Below, one piece after another: positions 23,019 through 36,218 of a DNA stretch of 64,000 bases. Source of the DNA: Okamejei kenojei. Its lineage: Eukaryota. Position numbers and translations under genes: made by a program. The first letter of the stretch is position 1; every line of letters begins with the position of its first letter. The notes beneath the pieces are model-generated. The model was not told where the DNA came from. It saw only the letters and a list, made by a program, of their open reading frames with translations, and did not search any database. The stretch is from positions 56,482,001 to 56,546,000 of the forward strand of contig CM069139.1 of the NCBI GenBank assembly GCA_035221665.1, given 5' to 3'.

Positions 23019-26000
23019 TCAGTCAGGCTCTCGTACCGAGCCATTTTGACCCTTTAGATATTCAATAAATGGAGACCATATTCCTCTGAAAAGATCCAAC
23101 TTGTCCAATAGGACAAGCCTTATTCTTTCCAGATGAAGTGTCTCCGACATTCCTGTTATCCACATTTTGAGTGTGGGGGATGTAGGACCTTTCCAGAATT
23201 TCAATATTAATTTTTTCCCAATTATTAAACTGTAATCAATAAAAATTATTTGATTCGTTGTTATTAATTGATCTGTTTCTAATATTCCCAGTATTATTAA
23301 CTTTGAGTCAGGGATCAGATTCATATTAACAACATTCGAAATTATCTTAAATATTTCTGTCCAAAATGTAGTAATTTTTACACAATTAGTAAATGAGTGC
23401 ATTAAGTTAGCTTCTAAGTGCTGACATTTATCACATATGGCAGATACATTTGAAAAAAATACTATGTAGTTTATATTTTGAATAATGTAGTCTATGTAAT
23501 ATTTTAAATTGTATAAGAGAGTGTCTAGCATTTAACGAGCAGTGGTGTATATGTTGTAGACTTTCATCCCATATTTCAGGTCTAATAATTTGACCTAATT
23601 CGTTTTCCCATGATTGCCTATATATTTCTGTCATTGGGACGTCGTTTTCCAGTAGAATATTATAAATATATGATATCAATTTTTCTGTGTTCGGGTGTTT
23701 ATTTAGGCATTCATCTAAAATTTCTCTTTCTATTTCTAATTTCCTGTGTGTTTGCTTTTACATAGTCTCTAATTTGTAGATATCTAAAGTAATCTTTTGA
23801 ATGTAATCCATAAATTAGTTGTAATTCTTGAAATGAAAGGAAAGAATTTTCCCTGTAGAGATCTCCCATCTTATTAATTCCATAGTTTTTCCATTGTAAA
23901 AAACCTTTGTCCATCATTGAGGGTTTAAATGTAACGTTATTTACAATGGTAAGGGCGAGTGGTATACATTCCAATTTTAGTGTTTTCTTTATTTGTTTCC
24001 AGATACGTATTCCACTTTCTATTATAAGGTTTTCACTATAGGGTTTCTTACCTATTTTAATATTGGTGAATAAAATCGAACTAATTTCAAAAGGCGAACA
24101 ATCTTCTTTTTTTCCATTTTTAACCAGGTTGGTTGTTTATCTGTCTCTAATAACCAAAAATTCATATTTTTAATATTAACTGCCCAGTAATAAAACATAA
24201 CGTTTGGTAGTGCTAGACCACCATTTATTTTTGGTTTACATAAATGTTTTTTGTTATTCTAAGGCTCTTATAATCCCAGATAAAGTTGGTGACTATAGAA
24301 TCAACCTTCTTAAAAGATTTTTTAGGAAGATATATCGGAATCAATTGGAAAAGATATAGTAATTGCGGGAGAAAAATCATTTTTATTGCATTAATTCTAC
24401 CTAGCATTGAGATAGGTAATGTTTTCCAATATAAAATGTTCTTATTTAATTTATTCAATAAAAGTGGAAAATTAGATTTAAATAAAGAATCAAATCTTTT
24501 TGTTACATAAATTCCAAGATATTTGATTTTTTTTGTTTGCTATCTTAAAAGGAAATTGTTGTAGTATATGTAAGTTATTTACCATTATTGGCATAAGTTC
24601 ACTTTTATTCCAATTAATACTATATCCTGAAAATAATCCAAATTCAGATATTAATTTTAGTAAATTTGGGATACTAATTTCCGGCTTTGTAATATAAAGT
24701 AATACATCATCCGCATATAATGAAATTTTATTTTCAGTATCTCTGGTGTCATATCCATATATTTCAGGATGTAATCTCACCCGTTGAGCTAATGGTTCTA
24801 TTGCAAGTGCAAACAGTAGTGGGGATAATGGACAACCTTGTCTGCAGCCTCGATATAGATTACATTTAGTTGATAGCATTTGATTTGTTATTATTCTAGC
24901 TGTTGGATTAGTGTATAATAATTTAACCCAAGCAATAAACTTCTCTCCCAACTTAAAAGTTTCCATAACCGAAAACAAATAAGACCATTCCACCTGGTCA
25001 AAAACTTTCTCCGCATCTAACGAAATAATTACTAGGTCTTTAATAATACCTCTTTTTGAATATATAATATTGTATAAACATCTCAAGTTATATGAGGAAT
25101 ATCGTTTTAGTATAAATCCTGTTTGATCGGGGTGAATTAATTTATTAATAACTGTACTTAGTCTTTGTGCTAATATTTTGGTTAGTATCTTTTGATCAGT
25201 ATTTAAAAGAGCTATAGATCTATATGATCCTGGGTCATCCAGGTCTTTGTCTATTTTAGATATAAGTGTTATAATAGATTCATTTAACATTTCTGGTAGT
25301 TTCTGGTGAGTATAAATGTATTCATAGATTATCTTCAGACGTGGTGCAATCAGATTATAAAATGTTTTATAAAATTCCGGGCCTATACCATCTGGTCCCG
25401 GTGTTTTACCGTTTTTTAATGATCTGATAGATTCTTCAATTTCTTTTACTGAAATTTCAGCATTTAATGATTCTCTATTTTGTGAATCCAACCCATTCAG
25501 ATTACATTTTTTTTTAAATGCTTCTATTCCTATCCTGTTTTCTGTTGTTTAAACTGAATATAAATTTTTATAATATTGCAAAAATCTCTCATTAATATCT
25601 TTAGATTGGATTAATGGTTTGCCATTATATGATTTAATCCTATGGATTATTTTTTCTCCCTCCATCTTTCTTAGCAAATAGTTTTTGAGGTTTATCTCCA
25701 AATTCAAATTGTAATTGTTTAGTGTATTGGTAGAGTTTTACAACTTGATCTGAGTATATTTTATTTAATTTATATTTCAGTGCAGCGATTTTATTATGTG
25801 TTGATATGGATGGATTAGCAGCGTTCTCTGTGTCTAATTGTTTAATCTCCTTTTCCAATTCCTGTTGTTCCCTCCGATTCTTTTTATTATAAAATGCTTG
25901 AGAAGAAATCATAATTCCACTGGCATATGCTTTAAAAGTTTCCCATAATAGGGAAGAGGATATTTCCGGTTTATCATTTATTTCAAAGAAAATCTTGATA

Positions 26001-27502
26001 TGTTCTATAATATATTCCTGAGTTGCTTTGTTTTTTAAAATTTGTGGATTAAATCTCCATTGTCCCCGTTTTTCGGTTTTACCGTTTATTTTAATCATAA
26101 ATGTTAAAGGTGCATGATCTGAGATTATAATATTATGGTATTTTGAATTGTAAGTAAGTGAGATAAGTTTAGCGTCAACCAAAAAATAATCTATTCTTGA
26201 ATAGGTTTTATGTACAGGTGAATAAAATTAATATTCTCGTCCAGTTGGGTTTTCTACTCTCCAAACATCTTTAATGCTACTAGTATCCATATATGCATTT
26301 AATAACTCACTGGAATGGGATTTGGTTTTCCTTTGTCTTGCGGATCTGTCTAAATATGAATCTAATGTACAATTTAAATCTCCTCCAATTATTAAGTTAT
26401 AACCATATAACCATATAACAATTACAGCACAGAAACAGGCCCTCTCGGCCCTTCCAGTCCATGCCGACCATTTGTTTTCCCCTAGTTCCATCTACCTGCA
26501 CTCAGACCATACCCCTCCATTCCCTTCCCGTCCATATACCTATCCACTTTACTTTTAAATGTTAAAATCGATCCTGCCTCCACCACTTCTGCTGGAACCT
26601 CATTCCACATGGCCACCACCCTCTGAGTAAAGAAGTTCCCCCTCACGTTACCCCGAAACTTCTGTCCCTTAATTCTCATGTCATGCCCTCTTGTTTGAAT
26701 CTTCCCTACCCTCAATGGGAAAAGCTTATCCACGTCAACTCTGTCTATACCTTTCATCATTTTAAAGACCCCAATCAAGTCCCCCCTTAACCTTCGGTGC
26801 TCCAAAGAATAAAGACCTAACTTGTTCAACCTTTCTCTGTAACATAGTTACTGGAACCCAGGCAACATTCTATTAAATCTCTTCTGTACTCTCTCTATTT
26901 TTTAAAAATCCTTCCTATAATTAGGCGACCAAAATTGTACACCATACTCCAGAATTGGTCTTACCAATGCCTTGTACAATTTTAACATTACTTCCCTACA
27001 CCTATATTCAATGCTCTTATTTATAAAGGCCAGCACACCAAAGGCTTTCTTTACCACCCTATCTACATGCAATTCCACCTTCAGGGAACTATGCACAGTA
27101 TGTTGTGCTATTTCCGGGATGTTGTTAAATTTTTTTTTAAAAACTGTGGACTGATCCATATACATTGACAAGAATCATTTTTTGTGCATTTAATTCTCCT
27201 ACTACAATAATGTATCTGCCATCATTATCAGTTATAGTTGATGTATGTTTGAATAAAGTGCATTTACAAAATAATATTGCTACGCCTCTTGATTTGTGTG
27301 TAAAAGAAGAATGATACGTTTTATCTATCCATTTAGCTTTCAGCCTATGCTCGGCATCTTTTTTTAAATGTGTTTCTTGAATGAAAATCACATCAGCTTT
27401 AATTGCTTTTAAATGTGCTAATACTTTACCTCTCTTGATTGGTTCATTAATACCTTTAACGTTCCAGCTACAAAACGTTATTCCTTCATTCCCCAAATTC
27501 AT
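23019..27502 (-). pseudogene. L1 ORF2p (APE endonuclease + reverse transcriptase + Cys-rich tail), multiply frameshifted
   Basis: SWNVKGIN, IQETHL, GGDLN, SDHAP (EN). KTPGPDG, SLDAEKVFD, GCRQGCPLSPLLF, LYADD (RT). CDKC...HSFTNC (zinc-knuckle-like). Confidence 0.93.
26399..27099 (-). mobile_element. Young CR1/HER1-type LINE nested in the L1 endonuclease domain
   Basis: Very similar to 9884-10503 and 57326-57951. L1 frame NNIPEIAQH|YNLIIGGDLN is split around it. Confidence 0.93.
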
Positions 27503-28339
27503 TTTTAAATCTTGCATCTTTTGTCCATGGGGGTTTATAATAGAACCAATGGTTCAGTTCGACAGACCCGACCTTACACCCGAACTCCGAATAGACGAAT
27601 TTTAAGACCCTTGAATGTCTCTCACGTGTAAATCTCCTTTGATCCAATTTGTAACTCCATTCAAACTGAAAATAATAATGATAGTTTATAATAGAAAAGA
27701 AAAGAGGATAGGTTAAGAAATTAGTATTGTGCACAAAGAAGGAAAAAACTACATCTAGTATTAGTGTAGTTAGTGCTAGCCATACTAGCATGGCTAACCA
27801 TCTACCGACCTCCGTAGTTGATGTTGTGAACTTAACCAGCCCCTTTATTTCTTGGAATTTCTATTCCATAGCAATATTTTACCGGGGGTATTAAATTTTA
27901 AAATATTCGGGTTCCAATAGTCGGAAATGTGAGGTTACAAATATTTAAAACTTGTTTGAAAATCATATTAAAAAATAAAAAAAAATTAAAAAAAACGAAT
28001 AGAAAGGAAAAAATAAAATAAAAATGAAAATTACTAGTAAAAAAGAGTGAAGGTTTCCAAAGAGGACAAATGAAATCAAACTCTATATTTGACTCTAATC
28101 ATTCCATTATAAGTAAACATTAGTCATTAGTGATAATTATTAATTCTGATTAGTAAAGATACCACGGTATAATTTTAGTATTTATTAGTTATTTGTATTA
28201 GTAGTGCAGTTATACTAATTATTAGTATCCATGGGAGAATTTCCAATACACATCTTTCTCCAGCTGCCTTAGTCACTACGTCAATTCCATCCAGTCCTGC
28301 AAAGTCAATTTATTCAATGGTGAGAGATCAAGCATCCTC

Positions 28340-29458
28340 TCAAGCCTTAATCTTCTGAGCAAAGTCCAATGCTTCCACAGGATTGGTGAAACAATGTTCC
28401 TTCTTGTTGTAAGTGACTCTTAGGGTGGCTGGATAGCTCAGACCATATTTCAAATTCTCCACTCCCCTCAGGATACTTTTGGTCTCATTAAATGCTTTTT
28501 GTTTCCTGGAGACCTCTGCTGGATAGTCTCGATAAATACTGATCCTGTGTCCTTCAAATGCAAGACTTCTGTTTCTTGATGTTTTTTGCATTATCTCCTC
28601 CAAGACGTGGTCGTACTGTACTTTTATTATCATTTGTCTTGGGGGAGCGTTTGGTCTTGTCTGACGTCTCATCACTCTATGTGCTCGGGCTAGTAAAGGC
28701 TTTTGATCCAGAGATAAAACTTTTTGCAGTAAATTTGCAGTGAATTCTCGGGGATCTTGATCTTTCTCTTCCCCTTCTGGAATACCCGCAATTCTTAGGT
28801 TCTGTCTTCTCTGGCGACCTTCCAATTCAGTACATTTCTCGGTTATTTTGCCCAGTAATTCAGTTAGACATTGATTTTCTGTAATAAGCTTTGCTGTAAT
28901 CTGAGCACTTGTTTCGGCTAGTTCTTCAAGGTCTTTTATAACAATCGTCGGCTGGTTCAGTGCCTCTTCCGCAGGATTCAGCCTTTCTTCAAATTCAGTT
29001 TTCACATTTTTGATTTTATCATTCGTCTCCTTTGCCAGTCCAATCATTATTTCTGTGATTTCTTTCTTCAACTCATCCGATGTATTCTTAGTCGTGGTAT
29101 TAATGTTGGTATTAATTTCAAGCTTTAAGTCCATCATTTCCTCCTTGATTTTTTTTATTTCTTCACCAACATTCATCAGCTTTATTTCTTCCCTTAAACC
29201 AGCAATTTCACATGCAATAAAAGTTTTGAGTTCTTCACCTTCCGATTTTTTCGTCGTTTTTTTCGTCACATCTTCTTGGGATAATGTCCTACCTGAGCCC
29301 GAGGCTTCAGTCGGGCCTTCCCCCGGTTTTCGGTTTATCCGCGCGTGGGCTGCGCTGTGTAGACATAGTAAGTCGCGCGCCTGATGACGTCGCTCACAGC
29401 AATCGGTGCAGAGACAGCAGGCAGCAGGTAGGTCGGTTTCTCCCCCGATTTTTCCCAT
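28340..29458 (-). CDS. L1 ORF1p (coiled coil + RRM/CTD, Transposase_22 family), open frame
   Basis: 372-aa ORF with LEGRQRRQNLRIAGIPEGEE, ARAHRV, PRQMIIK, ISIYRDY, YPATLRVTY. True start codon uncertain. Confidence 0.9.
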   Translation of the reverse strand: MGKIGGETDLPAACCLCTDCCERRHQARDLLCLHSAAHARINRKPGEGPTEASGSGRTLSQEDVTKKTTKKSEGEELKTFIACEIAGLREEIKLMNVGEEIKKIKEEMMDLKLEINTNINTTTKNTSDELKKEITEIMIGLAKETNDKIKNVKTEFEERLNPAEEALNQPTIVIKDLEELAETSAQITAKLITENQCLTELLGKITEKCTELEGRQRRQNLRIAGIPEGEEKDQDPREFTANLLQKVLSLDQKPLLARAHRVMRRQTRPNAPPRQMIIKVQYDHVLEEIMQKTSRNRSLAFEGHRISIYRDYPAEVSRKQKAFNETKSILRGVENLKYGLSYPATLRVTYNKKEHCFTNPVEALDFAQKIKA

Positions 29459-29534
29459 TTTTTACAAGGAGCTGGCTGGCGTTACCCTCTAGCCCTCCAT
29501 AGCGCCACCGGATGCTCACCAGATTATTTTTTCA

Positions 29535-29796
29535 CCGGTATGGTAGCGTTGCTGCCTTACAGCACCAGAGACGTGGGTTCGAACTTGATCTGTTTGGAGT
29601 TTGTATGTTCTCCCCGTGACCTGCATGCTCTGTGTACTCCCACATTCCAAAGGCGTACAGGATAGTAGGCTAATTGGCTTGGTAAATTGTTCCTTGTGTG
29701 TGTAGGATAGTGCTGGCCTGCGGGGATCGCTAGTCGGCGCGGTCTTGATGGGCCAAAGGGCCTCATTCCGCGCTGTATCTTGAAACTAAACTAAAC
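29535..29796 (+). mobile_element. V-SINE (internally deleted)
   Basis: gttgctgccttacagc...gggttcgaac...gggccaaagggcc...(ctaaa)n. Confidence 0.78.
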
Positions 29797-30339
29797 ATTG
29801 TGCAGTTTTACATTGCTACCAATCAATACTCTGATTCAAGAACATGAAGTACATTGCACACGTACTCCAGTTTACTGCCAAGACACTATGACGGCGGATT
29901 GGCCTATTCAGAGGATCAGACATATTTCAACTAACTGTAGTTAACAGATTTTTGGAAAATTACAATTGAAATACTTTCAGAGCAATTATTTTTGACCAGA
30001 AACATCAAAGATAAACAAGTACAGTAAACATGAAACCACATAAATTAGGAGCACTGCAAATTTGATGTTGTTGAAAACTTCAGATTTCAACAGCGTGAAG
30101 TGTGAACACCTCACATGCATTCTTTAATTGGACGAAAGACTTACAGCGTTCCCTCCTTTCACACTTTGATCACATGTGGTAAACAATACCTCAATATCAC
30201 AGATCTAATTTCATCCATGCAGTAGTTAATGACTCCTCGGTTGGACATTAAACTGCACCAGAAAAATGGGAGGGAGCCCACATTTGGCCTGGTGGAAACC
30301 AAAGTGGAAATTAATGCTCAATACCTCGATTGTAGTGCA

Positions 30340-31265
30340 ACAAGTCTGGGCTCAATGCTAATCCTAAGCCACGCCGCAGTAAGCCAACAATACTTCTATC
30401 TACAGTTGTAAAAATGGTGGCATTCGGTGGCTGCAAGTAGGTGCTCAATGTCATTCTTGAGCTCAGAAAATACAGTGGCAGGACAACACCCAGCAATGAA
30501 GGAGGTGCCAAAGAGTGGTGGTGGACACTGCCCGGTCCATCATAAGTACCGACTTCCCCAACGTCAAAGGGATCCACAGCAGTTATTGCCTCAAAAAGGC
30601 AACATCAAGAACCCACACCACCTTGGCCACACTCTCATTTCACTCCTGCCATCATTATAGGGGTGAATGTTGTGGTTGTTGAAGTGAAGTCATTCCAGCC
30701 CCACTGCTGGAAAGGACACACAATTGCTGGAGTAACTCAGCGGGTTAGGCAGCATCTCTGGAGAACTTAGAGAGGTGAGGTTTCAGGTCGGAACCCTTCT
30801 TCAGTAACATCTATGGAGAACATGGATATGTGACGTTTCAGGTCTGGACCCTGAAAACTCCAGAGCCTAAAAACTGTAATGTCCGGGTTCAGGAACAGCT
30901 TCTACTCATCAACCATCAGACCATTGAACATTACAAACTACAGATTTTGATTGGGCTGCGTATGATGAGGCTATAAGATGCACTGCCTCAAAAAGGCTGC
31001 CAGCATCATCAGGGACACAAACATCCCGGGCCATGCTCTCAGTTCACTCTTGCTATCGAGAGGAAGGTACAGAAGCCTGAGAACTGTAACGTCCAGGTTC
31101 AGGAACAGCTTCTTCCCAACAACCATCAGGCTACAAGAGTGAACATTATCCTCGGCTCACCAAGAACTCTAGGGAGTAAGATGAAAGGATGTTGTCCAAG
31201 AGCACTCCAAATAAACTATGATCTACATAGACTTGGGTGCATTAGTTTTGTCATTTTGCACTATT
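30340..31265 (+). mobile_element. Rex1/Babar-type LINE fragments with an embedded Penelope-derived repeat (30712-30852)
   Basis: FTLAIERKVQKPEN region reads in another frame as SLLLSRGRYRSLRTVTSRFRNSFFPTTIRL, a Rex1-type C-terminal motif. Confidence 0.65.
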
Positions 31266-31269
31266 ATTG

Positions 31270-31452
31270 NNNNNNNNNNNNNNNNNNNNNNNNNNNNNNN
31301 NNNNNNNNNNNNNNNNNNNNNNNNNNNNNNNNNNNNNNNNNNNNNNNNNNNNNNNNNNNNNNNNNNNNNNNNNNNNNNNNNNNNNNNNNNNNNNNNNNNN
31401 NNNNNNNNNNNNNNNNNNNNNNNNNNNNNNNNNNNNNNNNNNNNNNNNNNNN
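31270..31452. other. Assembly gap (N run)
   Basis: Run of N. Confidence 1.
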
Positions 31453-31764
31453 AGACATATATACATTACTTTTTTTGTTTATTATGTTGTTTATAGACAA
31501 TAGAGAATAGGTGCAGGACTAGGCCATTCGGCCCTTTGAGCCAGCACTGCCATACAATGTGATCATGGCTGATCATCCCAATCAGTACCTCGTTCCTGCC
31601 TTCTTCCCATATCCCCTGACTCTGCTATCTTTAAGAGAGTAATATGTTTACATATTCTGCTGTGCTGCTGTAAGTAGGAATTTATTTGTTCTGTTTGTGA
31701 CATATGACAATAAGACATTTGAATTCTTGAGGTGCTGTAATTTGGTTGGGAAGAAAAATTACAG

Positions 31765-32165
31765 GACAGTCATTTAAATCCCATGCCATTCGTGTAAATG
31801 GTTTCATCTGCCTTCTTGAACCACTGCAGTGCTCATGTGAAGATGCACCTACATGTAGTTGTGTTGGCAGTTCCAGAGTTTAGTCCTAGTGACAATGAAG
31901 GACCAGGGATATCTTTCTTGGTCAGAATGGTGTGTGACCTTGAGGGAACCTGCAGGGAGTGGTGCTCCCATGGACCTACTATGCTCCTATTTCTTGGTGG
32001 TAGAGCTCTGGGGCTTGGGAGGTGTTTGAGGAGCCCAGGAGAATGCTTGCAATGCATTTTGCACATGATGTACTCAGTCGCCATGATATACCACTGATGG
32101 ACGGAGTGAATGTTTAGGCTCGTTGATGGGGTTCCAATCAATATGGCTGATTTGTCCTCGATAGC
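31765..32165 (-). mobile_element. Old L2/CR1-superfamily LINE 3' fragment
   Basis: NIHSVHQW...CKMHCKHSPGLLKHLPSPRALPPRNRS...WEHHSLQVPS, typical of an abundant chondrichthyan LINE C-terminus. Confidence 0.6.
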
Positions 32166-32214
32166 GTTGATTCCCGATAGTTATTTGGAAGACGCACAGA
32201 CCCAGGCATGGAAA

Positions 32215-32510
32215 GATACAGAATGGAAACAGCCCCTACGGCCCATCGAGTCCATGCCCACCATCGATACCCTGTTCACACAAATTCTATGTTATCCTAC
32301 TTTCTCATTCACTTCCCGCACGCTAGGGGAGTCCAATTAATCGACAAAACTGCACATCTTTGGGATATGGGAGGAAACCGGAGCACCGGGAGGAAACCCA
32401 TGCAGTCACAGGGAGAACATGCAAACTCCACACAGACAGCATCCGAGGTCAGGAACGAACCTGGATTTCTGGCGTTGAGAGGCATCAGCTCTACTACGGT
32501 GCCACTGTGT
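32215..32510 (-). mobile_element. V-SINE (HE1-like)
   Basis: Reverse-complement SINE consensus. Confidence 0.8.
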
Positions 32511-32744
32511 CTCATGTGTAGAGTACTCTACCACCGTCATGACCTGGCGTTTAGATGGTAAAAAGACATTGGTGTTGGAAGAAAACAAGTCCCGATGGGA
32601 TAACCAGCTTCTGACATGCTCCAGTAGGCACAATATTTAATGTGGCTGTTCCTGTTAACTGTCTGATCATTATTGACGCATTGGGGCGTATATGATAGGT
32701 TACACATGATAGTATTGCCACTGATGGAGGTTATTGTCTTCCTT

Positions 32745-33400
32745 TGCTACAGTGTTAACACCCCACGTGGGACACGAGACATGCAGATGGTATTTGGGCA
32801 GCACGTTCCTGAGTGATGTTTCTGGCGAAGATGAACCGGCTACGGAATTTGCTGTACTTAGAGAACTGACGATCGAGTATCATTCTTCCAGTGCCCACTT
32901 ACCTTGGGGGTCATACAAAAACCGCCAACAATTGTAGAGGTTAATTCACTCAGAAGATAAAGGGCAGCATTTCATGATCAGGTATTCCAGGTCAGAACAA
33001 AAGTGAGCTAAGGCCGACACACCAAGTGTACCACGAAGCACCGAACTTCAAGCAGACTCTGCCTTTTGCCTTGCAAGGATTTCTGTACGGTCCATGCGGT
33101 AAATGGAGAAACCCTCAGGCTGTATCGCAGGGTCAGGTTAGGCAGGCATGAGGCACGTTTCAGTGAAACAAAGAACACAGCAGTCTCTGATCTCTCTTTG
33201 AAACTGCAGCATGGCTCTAAGGTCTTCAAGCTTGTTCTCGAGTGATTGAATGTTAACTGGAAGCATGCTGGGGAGGTAGGTCCAGAATCCCCATCGTTTC
33301 AACCATACCAGGAACCCCTCTGATAGCCACTCTTTCTCGTTTTGTTTGTACTCACAGCTGTGCAGGAGCGTCAGCTCTAATAAACATCCACAGCTCCCAG
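32745..33400 (-). mobile_element. Rex1/Babar-type LINE endonuclease-domain fragment
   Basis: Minus translation DCCVLCFTETCL...PAIQPEGFSIYRMDRT...DLEYLIMKC...NVLPKYHLHVSCPTWGVNT (APE domain), frameshifted. Confidence 0.72.
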
Positions 33401-34590
33401 GGTTGCTTTGATTTAGTGATGATTGACAGGAACATTTCAGTGGAAACGAAAGAACTTCAGATGCTGGTTTATACCAAAGGTAGACACAAAGTGCTAGAGT
33501 AACTCAGCGAGTCAGGCAGCATCTCTGAGGAAAATGGAGGGCAGTTATTTTCTAGTTTCATGTGGAATGAATGTCACACAATAAAACATTGGGCCTCCTT
33601 CCCACCCCCATGGTGTGTTTCTGTCAGAACCTTTAATGGCTGATTGGGTGTGGGTCCCGAGGGTCACACATCCTTTTTCACCAGAGATGCTGCCTGACCC
33701 GCTGAGTTACTCCAGCACTTTGTGTCTATCGTCCGGAAATTTCAGCACTTTCTCAATGCTGGAAAGTATGGATAATATGGAAAAAGGATCATCCAAGGCT
33801 GTCTTAAGAGCAGCTTTAAGTGAAACGTCGCCTCTCATTGTTGCCATTTTGTCTAAGAATCAAAGGACGGCAGAAGATGGAAAGCTGAAATAAAAGCTGG
33901 AAATTCTTGAACACTCAGCAGATCAGGCTGCATCGTTGGAGAGAGAAAACAAGTTAATCTTCGAATGTAAGATCATATTCCTGAAATATTTTCATCTCTA
34001 GAGTTGCTGCCTGACTTGTTGAGTTTTTACAGAATGTTTTGTTGAATTCAGTGAGTTTGAACCCCTCTGAAAATAGTTTATTGACTGATAATTAAAGCAG
34101 TCCCACCACTGACCACCACTATCAGCTGTGTTCAGTGCAGTTCTTGTTGTATTCATAGCTTGATCATTCCATACACCAACCCAGGTTTTAAGTTCATCTG
34201 ATTTACCCACAATATTCTTTTCTTTCAATTTAACTGGAAGGACATTCCAGTTAAACCCCATTAGTTAAAAGTCATACAGCACGGAAACAGGCCCTTTGGT
34301 CCAACTGGTCCATGCTGGATAAGATGCCCCATCGAAGCGTGTCCTATTTGCCCATGTTTGGCCCATATCCCTCTAAACCTTTCCTATCCATGGACCTGTA
34401 CAAATGTCATTTTATCTAAGTTCTATTCACTTTAATATGCCTCTGGGTGTCCAGATTTCTCACATTTTCAAATTTACATCACAGGCTTTTCGTTCTATGA
34501 ATAGACAAAAGAAGGCTTCATTTTTCCTGGTAAACTAAAGTAAATAATCTGAATATGAATTTTGAAATATTCATTCATTAAATAGATAAC

Positions 34591-34788
34591 GCAGATAGAC
34601 ACTAAACGCTGGAGGAACTCAGCAGGACAGCCAGCATCTCCGGAGAGATGGAATGGGTGATGTTTCAGGTGGAGACCCTTAACATCACTCATTCCTTCTC
34701 TCCAGAGATGCTGCCTGTCCCGCTGAGTTACTCCAGCTTTTTGTGTCTATCTTCGGTTTAAACCAGCATCGACACTTTCTCCCTACAC
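34591..34788. mobile_element. Hairpin-shaped Penelope-derived mini-element with 11-bp TSD
   Basis: TSD AAATAGATAAC at 34580-34590 and 34789-34799. Two inverted copies of the PLE terminal repeat meet within the hammerhead motif. Confidence 0.85.
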
Positions 34789-35609
34789 AAATAGATAACT
34801 GCGGTGTTATTCTTGTATACGATTCCAGAAACCTTTAAACAAATCAGTCAGATAATCAAACAGTCCTACTAAATCTCCACGCGTGACTACATTAATGTCC
34901 TAATAACTCCTCACTCTCAGCCTTCCTTGAATGAAAATGTGATTATTAGGCCAAAAATTGCTGAAATGTTGTGAAGGCTGAATTGTGGCTGTTTGGATTA
35001 ATCGGGAGAGTCCTGAATCCTGAATCGTTTAAAGAAGATATTTTCTTCTTTAAACACATGCTGATAACAACATAGGTTATACAAAAACCATAAAACCCAT
35101 AATAGATGAGAATTAAGAAATGGGAAGTAAACGTGCGTAAGACCGAGGAGGAAGGTGAATTAGGGAGAGTGGTTAAAATTTAACATTTTGTAGGAAAATA
35201 TGGTAGAAAGAATGAGAAGCAGAAAGTTACAAAAATAAATAAGGATTTTAAATGAAAGTCCACATTTTAAAGACCTCCAGCAACTTACTACCTGAAGAAT
35301 ACAGATGCAGCAGTTTTAATTCTACATATTCAGGAGGGGGGGAGGGGGAGAGAGGAGGTTTATTGGTAGCCATTAACAGTGATGTAGTAATATTATTAAT
35401 AAGCGCAATGAACTTTCTGCTGTAAGTATAGTTGGTAACCAGCATACAAATGCACCAACTTTACAAAAACAACAGATATGCAGTTTAAATGCAGTCAATG
35501 GTGGAATGGTGCAAGTGGTACAAAGACTTGCAGGAATTTCTAATGCACAGAATAGTGCTTCTTTGCTACAAAACATTAATCACTTTGCAGAATAATAATG
35601 TCTTGTTCC

Positions 35610-36218
35610 ATATAGGTTGAATAAGAGTCAGGATGTCACGATGCCACATCATAAGAGTTTGGTTCGGTCACATTTGGAATATTTTATGCTGTTCTGGTTG
35701 CCCCATTACAGAAAAGATGTGGAGGCTTTAGAAAGAGTGCAGAGGAGGTTTATTAGAATCATGCCTGGATTTGGGGGAAATAGCTACGGGGAGGTTGGAT
35801 GCATTTGGATTGTTTTCTCTGGAACGCTGTAAGTTGCAGGGAGACCTGATAGAAGTATATAAAATTATGAGAGGCATAGATAGAATTGATGGTCAGAATC
35901 TTTTTCCCAGAATGGAAAAATCAAATTCTAGAGAGCATAGCTTTAACATGAAAGGGGCAAAGTTTAAAAGAAATGTGCGGGCCAACTTTTTTTACACAGA
36001 GCGTGCTGATTGCCTGGAACGTGCTGCCAGGGTGGGTGGTTAAGGCAGATATGATAGAGGACTTAAGAGGCTTTTGGAATGGCATATGGATATGCAGGGA
36101 ATGGAGGGGTACGGAGTATGTGCAAGTGGATAAGAGTTGATCTTGGCAAAATGCTTGGCACACACATCGTAGGCCTAAGGGCCTGTTCTTGTGCTGTACT
36201 GTTCTATGTTCTATGTAT
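35610..36218 (+). mobile_element. CR1-type LINE 3' fragment
   Basis: HKSLVRSHLEYFMLFWLPHYRKDVEALERVQRRF...LQGDLIEVYKIMRG. (gttctat)n tail. Confidence 0.85.

Larger units (their letters stand above)
22756..29518 (-). mobile_element. Full-length L1 retrotransposon (ORF2 disrupted), same orientation as DPH6
   Basis: 15-bp TSD CCAGATTATTTTTTC at 22741-22755 and 29519-29533. 5' end gagcatccggtggcgctatgg, ORF1, long inter-ORF spacer, EN-RT ORF2, AATAAA (22770-22775, minus) and A-rich tail. Confidence 0.95.

Noticed and set aside
31139-31510. ORFs spanning X runs (also 50240-50862)
   Set aside because: Artefacts of assembly gaps.
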